From the NCBI GenBank assembly GCA_977017645.1, contig OZ360243.1, forward strand, positions 48,856,001-48,920,000: a stretch of 64,000 bases of DNA, written 5' to 3'. The notes beneath the pieces are model-generated. The model was given only the letters and a program-made list of their open reading frames with translations, searched no databases and had not been told where the DNA came from. Position numbers and translations under genes: made by a program. This DNA is from Torpedo marmorata. Taxonomy: Eukaryota. Shown here in pieces: positions 60,840 through 64,000 of this stretch (positions are counted from its first letter, which is position 1; every line of letters starts with the position of its first letter).

Positions 60840-61050
60840 GCAAAAAAAAAAACAAACTGCTTGAGGAACTCGGCGGGTCAAGCAGCATCTGTGGGGTCGA
60901 AAGATTGGCCAGTGTTTCTGATTGAGACCTTGCATCGTAACCCGAATCATCATTCCCTTCCCTGCACAGATGTTCCCTGACTTGCCAAATTCCTCCAGCA
61001 GTTCGGTGGGTGTATGTGATCTTTTTTTTTGCTCCAGATTGCAGGTCTCC
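60840..61050. mobile_element. Older palindromic Penelope pLTR-derived repeat
   Basis: AACTGCTTGAGGAACTCGGCGGGTCAAGCAGCATCTGTG ... CACAGATGTTCCCTGACTTGCCAAATTCCTCCAGCAGTT form inverted arms. Confidence 0.55.
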
Positions 61051-61149
61051 ATTTCTCTAAACCCATGGCGGCAATGACTTTCAGTGTAGTTCCTGTTTGC
61101 CTCTGAGTTAACTGCTCATGACTCTTGTCTCATCAATCTTTCCCTTCAG

Positions 61150-61263
61150 GTAAAGGCTTTTGGTCCAGGTCTGGAACCGACAGGCTGCATTGTGAACAAA
61201 CCAGCTGAGTTTACTATTGATGCTCGAGCAGCTGGCAAGGGGGAACTCAAGATCTATGCACAG
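61150..61263 (+). CDS. flnc: Filamin C exon 13
   Basis: [38 protein letters not shown]; AG/GT boundaries. Confidence 0.95.
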
Positions 61264-61275
61264 GTAACAGCTTGT

Positions 61276-61538
61276 AGTCTCGGTCAGTGCCAGTGGGAGT
61301 TGGGGGATGTGGGCAGTCTTGGTCAGTGCCAATGGGGGTTGGGGGATGTGGGCAGTCTTGGTCAGTGCCAGTGGGAGTTGGGGGATGTGGGCAGTCTTGA
61401 TCAGTGCCAATGGGGGTTGGGGGATGTGGGCAGTCGGTCAGTGCCAGTGGAGGTTGCGGGATATGGGCAGTCTCGGTCAGTGCCAGTGGGGGATGTGGGC
61501 AGTTTCTCAGTGCCAGAGGGGGTTGGGGAATGTGGGCA
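61276..61538. repeat. 39-bp G-rich minisatellite, ~6-7 copies
   Basis: Unit GTCTTGGTCAGTGCCAGTGGGAGTTGGGGGATGTGGGCA. Confidence 0.92.
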
Positions 61539-61700
61539 GAGATGGAGGCAACTTTAACTGAGTGGATTTGCTGATTTAAATAAAAAAATAAATAAAAAGT
61601 GGGGTGGGAATATTCTATTAGTCAGATTTGAGGGCCTATTTAATAGATACATCAAGGATTCTCAACTACAGCTTGCCACACTTTGTTTCTGTTTCTCCAG

Positions 61701-61844
61701 GATGCAGAAGGTGTTCCTATTGATATCCAGATCAAAGATAACCGGGACAACACGTTCATCTGTGTGTACGTGCCACAGAAGCCCATCAAACACACAATCA
61801 TCATCAGCTGGGGCTCTGTCAACGTCCCGAACAGTCCCTTCAGA
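61701..61844 (+). CDS. flnc: Filamin C exon 14
   Basis: [48 protein letters not shown]; donor AGA|GTAAGT. Confidence 0.95.
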
Positions 61845-62256
61845 GTAAGTGGGGAGTACAAGCGTAGGTGGCAGATATGAATGAGCAAATCATACCCAGT
61901 TGGAAATTTTGGGGAGAGGATCTAGAAACCAGGTGACACTCCTTGCCACACACGGGAGATGTGGGTAGTCGGCGCAATTGATGGGCTGGGGCCGGCCTGA
62001 TGGAAAGGGTTAGGATGGGGAGTGGTGGGGGAGTGGGAATTAATGATGTAAAAGGGCTGGAGTGGGATAAAGACACAGTGATGAACTTGATGTGGCAGAT
62101 TCAGATTCACCTGGATATACAACTGACTTGTTTTTTGAACTGTCTTGTTAAAAATTGTGCTACTTGTCTTGTGTTTCTCAGTTATCAACCTTTGCAATTC
62201 CCTGGAATATGCCCCAAATTTACTGTAGTAACTTTTGCATTTCATGTATGCCTCAG

Positions 62257-62380
62257 GTATCTGTGGGTGAAGGCTGTCACCCACAGAAGGTGAAGGTGTA
62301 TGGACCAGGTGTGGAGAAAACTGGACTCAAGGCCAATGAACCTACCTATTTCACAGTGGACTGCAGCGAGGCTGGACAGG
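62257..62380 (+). CDS. flnc: Filamin C exon 15
   Basis: [41 protein letters not shown]; donor G|GTGAGT. Confidence 0.96.
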
Positions 62381-62892
62381 GTGAGTTGCTGGGAAATCCT
62401 CCACCCAGTTCCTGCCTTTGTTCTTTAGAGGAGAGAAATAACATCAGCAACTGCAAATCAGTCAGTCAAATGCTGACTGCAGAGTCGATAATCCAGCATA
62501 AAATGAATTGGTGCTTGGAAAAGGTGTAGGTTGATGACTGACTGCTATCTTGGATTTGTTAAAGGCATTTGTGAGGGTTGATGTTGTGGACATGGACAAA
62601 GGCATATAACAAAATGCTGCACCATAGATGTCAGAAAAAGTTGTAGCATGGAAACCAAAAAAGGGATTTGACAATCTTGTCGTGGGGATGGTGTGTGTCT
62701 GGCAGTCTGACGGTCCAGACCTGTGGTGAGGGGATCCAGGGTTCATTCCTCTTGAAAGTTGTGAGACGACAGAGATGACCATGGTCTGTGTTAGATGGTG
62801 ACTCACTCTTAGTATTAGAAACCATGGACATGACAGTCCACCCCTGTGTGCTGTGTGCTGGCTTATTCTGTTGCTGCTCTCTTCTCTGACAG

Positions 62893-63053
62893 GTGATGTC
62901 AGTATTGGCATTAAGTGTGCGCCAGGGGTTGTGGGACCAGCTGAGGCCGACATCGATTTTGACATAATTAAGAATGACAATGACACTTTCACGGTGAAGT
63001 ACACGCCTCCAGGCGCCGGGCGCTACACCATCATGGTGCTGTTCGCTGACCAG
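62893..63053 (+). CDS. flnc: Filamin C exon 16 (gene continues beyond the window)
   Basis: (G)[53 protein letters not shown]; donor CAG|GTACAC. Confidence 0.96.
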
Positions 63054-64000
63054 GTACACGATGCTGCTCTGACCCTGTTGCACAAGTGCATGTTCGGTTA
63101 TAATTTTTCTGTCTTCTGTTGAGAGGGTTTGTGATTGTATTGTGAAGAGCAATCTCCCTACAATAGCAGAAAGAAAGGGAAAGGAGGATATTCATCCTTG
63201 TCCACAATTAATTTAAATCTGCAAATCCTGAACGTTGATCAGCACAGGATCAATGGGGAGAAACTGGGCGGAAGGAGCATTTATCTGTGAGAGGATAATC
63301 AGAGGAGGGGGAAAGATGGGTGACAGGACCGTGTGCCAGGTACACAATGATGGTTGGGCAAATAATAACTTGGGATTAGTGGATTAAAATGAACAGTTGC
63401 TACTAGTTTAGTTGGTAAATCATGAAGGGATGTGCAGTAGTTGGGAACCATCTGAACCTGATCAAGATTTGTCTGAATCTCCAGATCAATTACTTGGCTG
63501 TATTTCACTAAGATTTGGCAACACCATTTTGAAAGCTCCAATTGATCTCTCACCTCCGTCCTTTTTGTGGGACAGGTGATACACACTTCCACAAATGTGG
63601 ACAAACCCTGCTTCATGACAGCACTCTTGAATTTTCCAGTTCTAAGTTTTGTTCCCTTTCCCCTCCTCCTCCTCTTGTCTCCTCACCAGTATAGATTTCT
63701 TTCTAGATATCTAATCAATCCTTTGTCTTAAATACCTCAGTCGCACCATCCCATGATCTTCTGATGCAGATATTCTCTCCCCTTAATCCATTTGGCTCCA
63801 GAATAATTCTGATGAATTTGCACTGGAGCTTCCTGAGGTGTAGTGCCCAGACTCTCAGTGCTGCCAGACTGGGGTTCCATCCAGACCTCATCCATCTGCA
63901 GCACAATTCCAGTCCTTTTGAGGATAAAGGCCAACATTTTATTAGTGGGGTGGATTCTCTCAATGTGAGGAAGATGGCAACGGAGAGGTTTCCTTTTTGT

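Noticed and set aside
28967-63053. Assignment as FLNA or FLNB
   Set aside because: Exon 4 has an FLNA-like stretch, but [29 protein letters not shown] and adjacency to ccdc136 favour FLNC

Overview
Eukaryotic vertebrate genomic DNA, most likely an elasmobranch (shark or ray), inferred from its repeat content: HE1/V-SINE-type SINEs, CR1 LINEs and Penelope-like elements. All calls come from reading the sequence and from recalled family sequences; no search was run. The + strand carries the 3' end of a CCDC136-like gene: a coiled-coil exon at 2386-2520, a tail-anchor transmembrane exon at 9734-9842 and a probable alternative terminal exon from 11127. It is followed by the CpG-island promoter and coding exons 1-16 of filamin C (flnc, ATG 28967). 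These exons encode the actin-binding CH domains and the first Ig-like repeats, and the gene continues beyond the window. The same CCDC136-FLNC order occurs in human. The rest is repeat-rich: a 5.35-kb tandem duplication upstream of flnc, several GC-rich minisatellites, a BEL/Pao LTR element lacking RT nested inside a TIR MITE in flnc intron 6, a 5S-derived SINE, and many short Penelope-derived insertions. The two most notable observations are (i) a ~920-nt stretch with no AG dinucleotide directly upstream of the ccdc136 transmembrane exon, suggesting a very distant branch point controlling a tail-anchor switch, and (ii) small TSD-flanked Penelope-derived retroinsertions carrying minimal hammerhead-ribozyme-like motifs. 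The very long ORFs in the supplied track are artefacts of tandem repeats.
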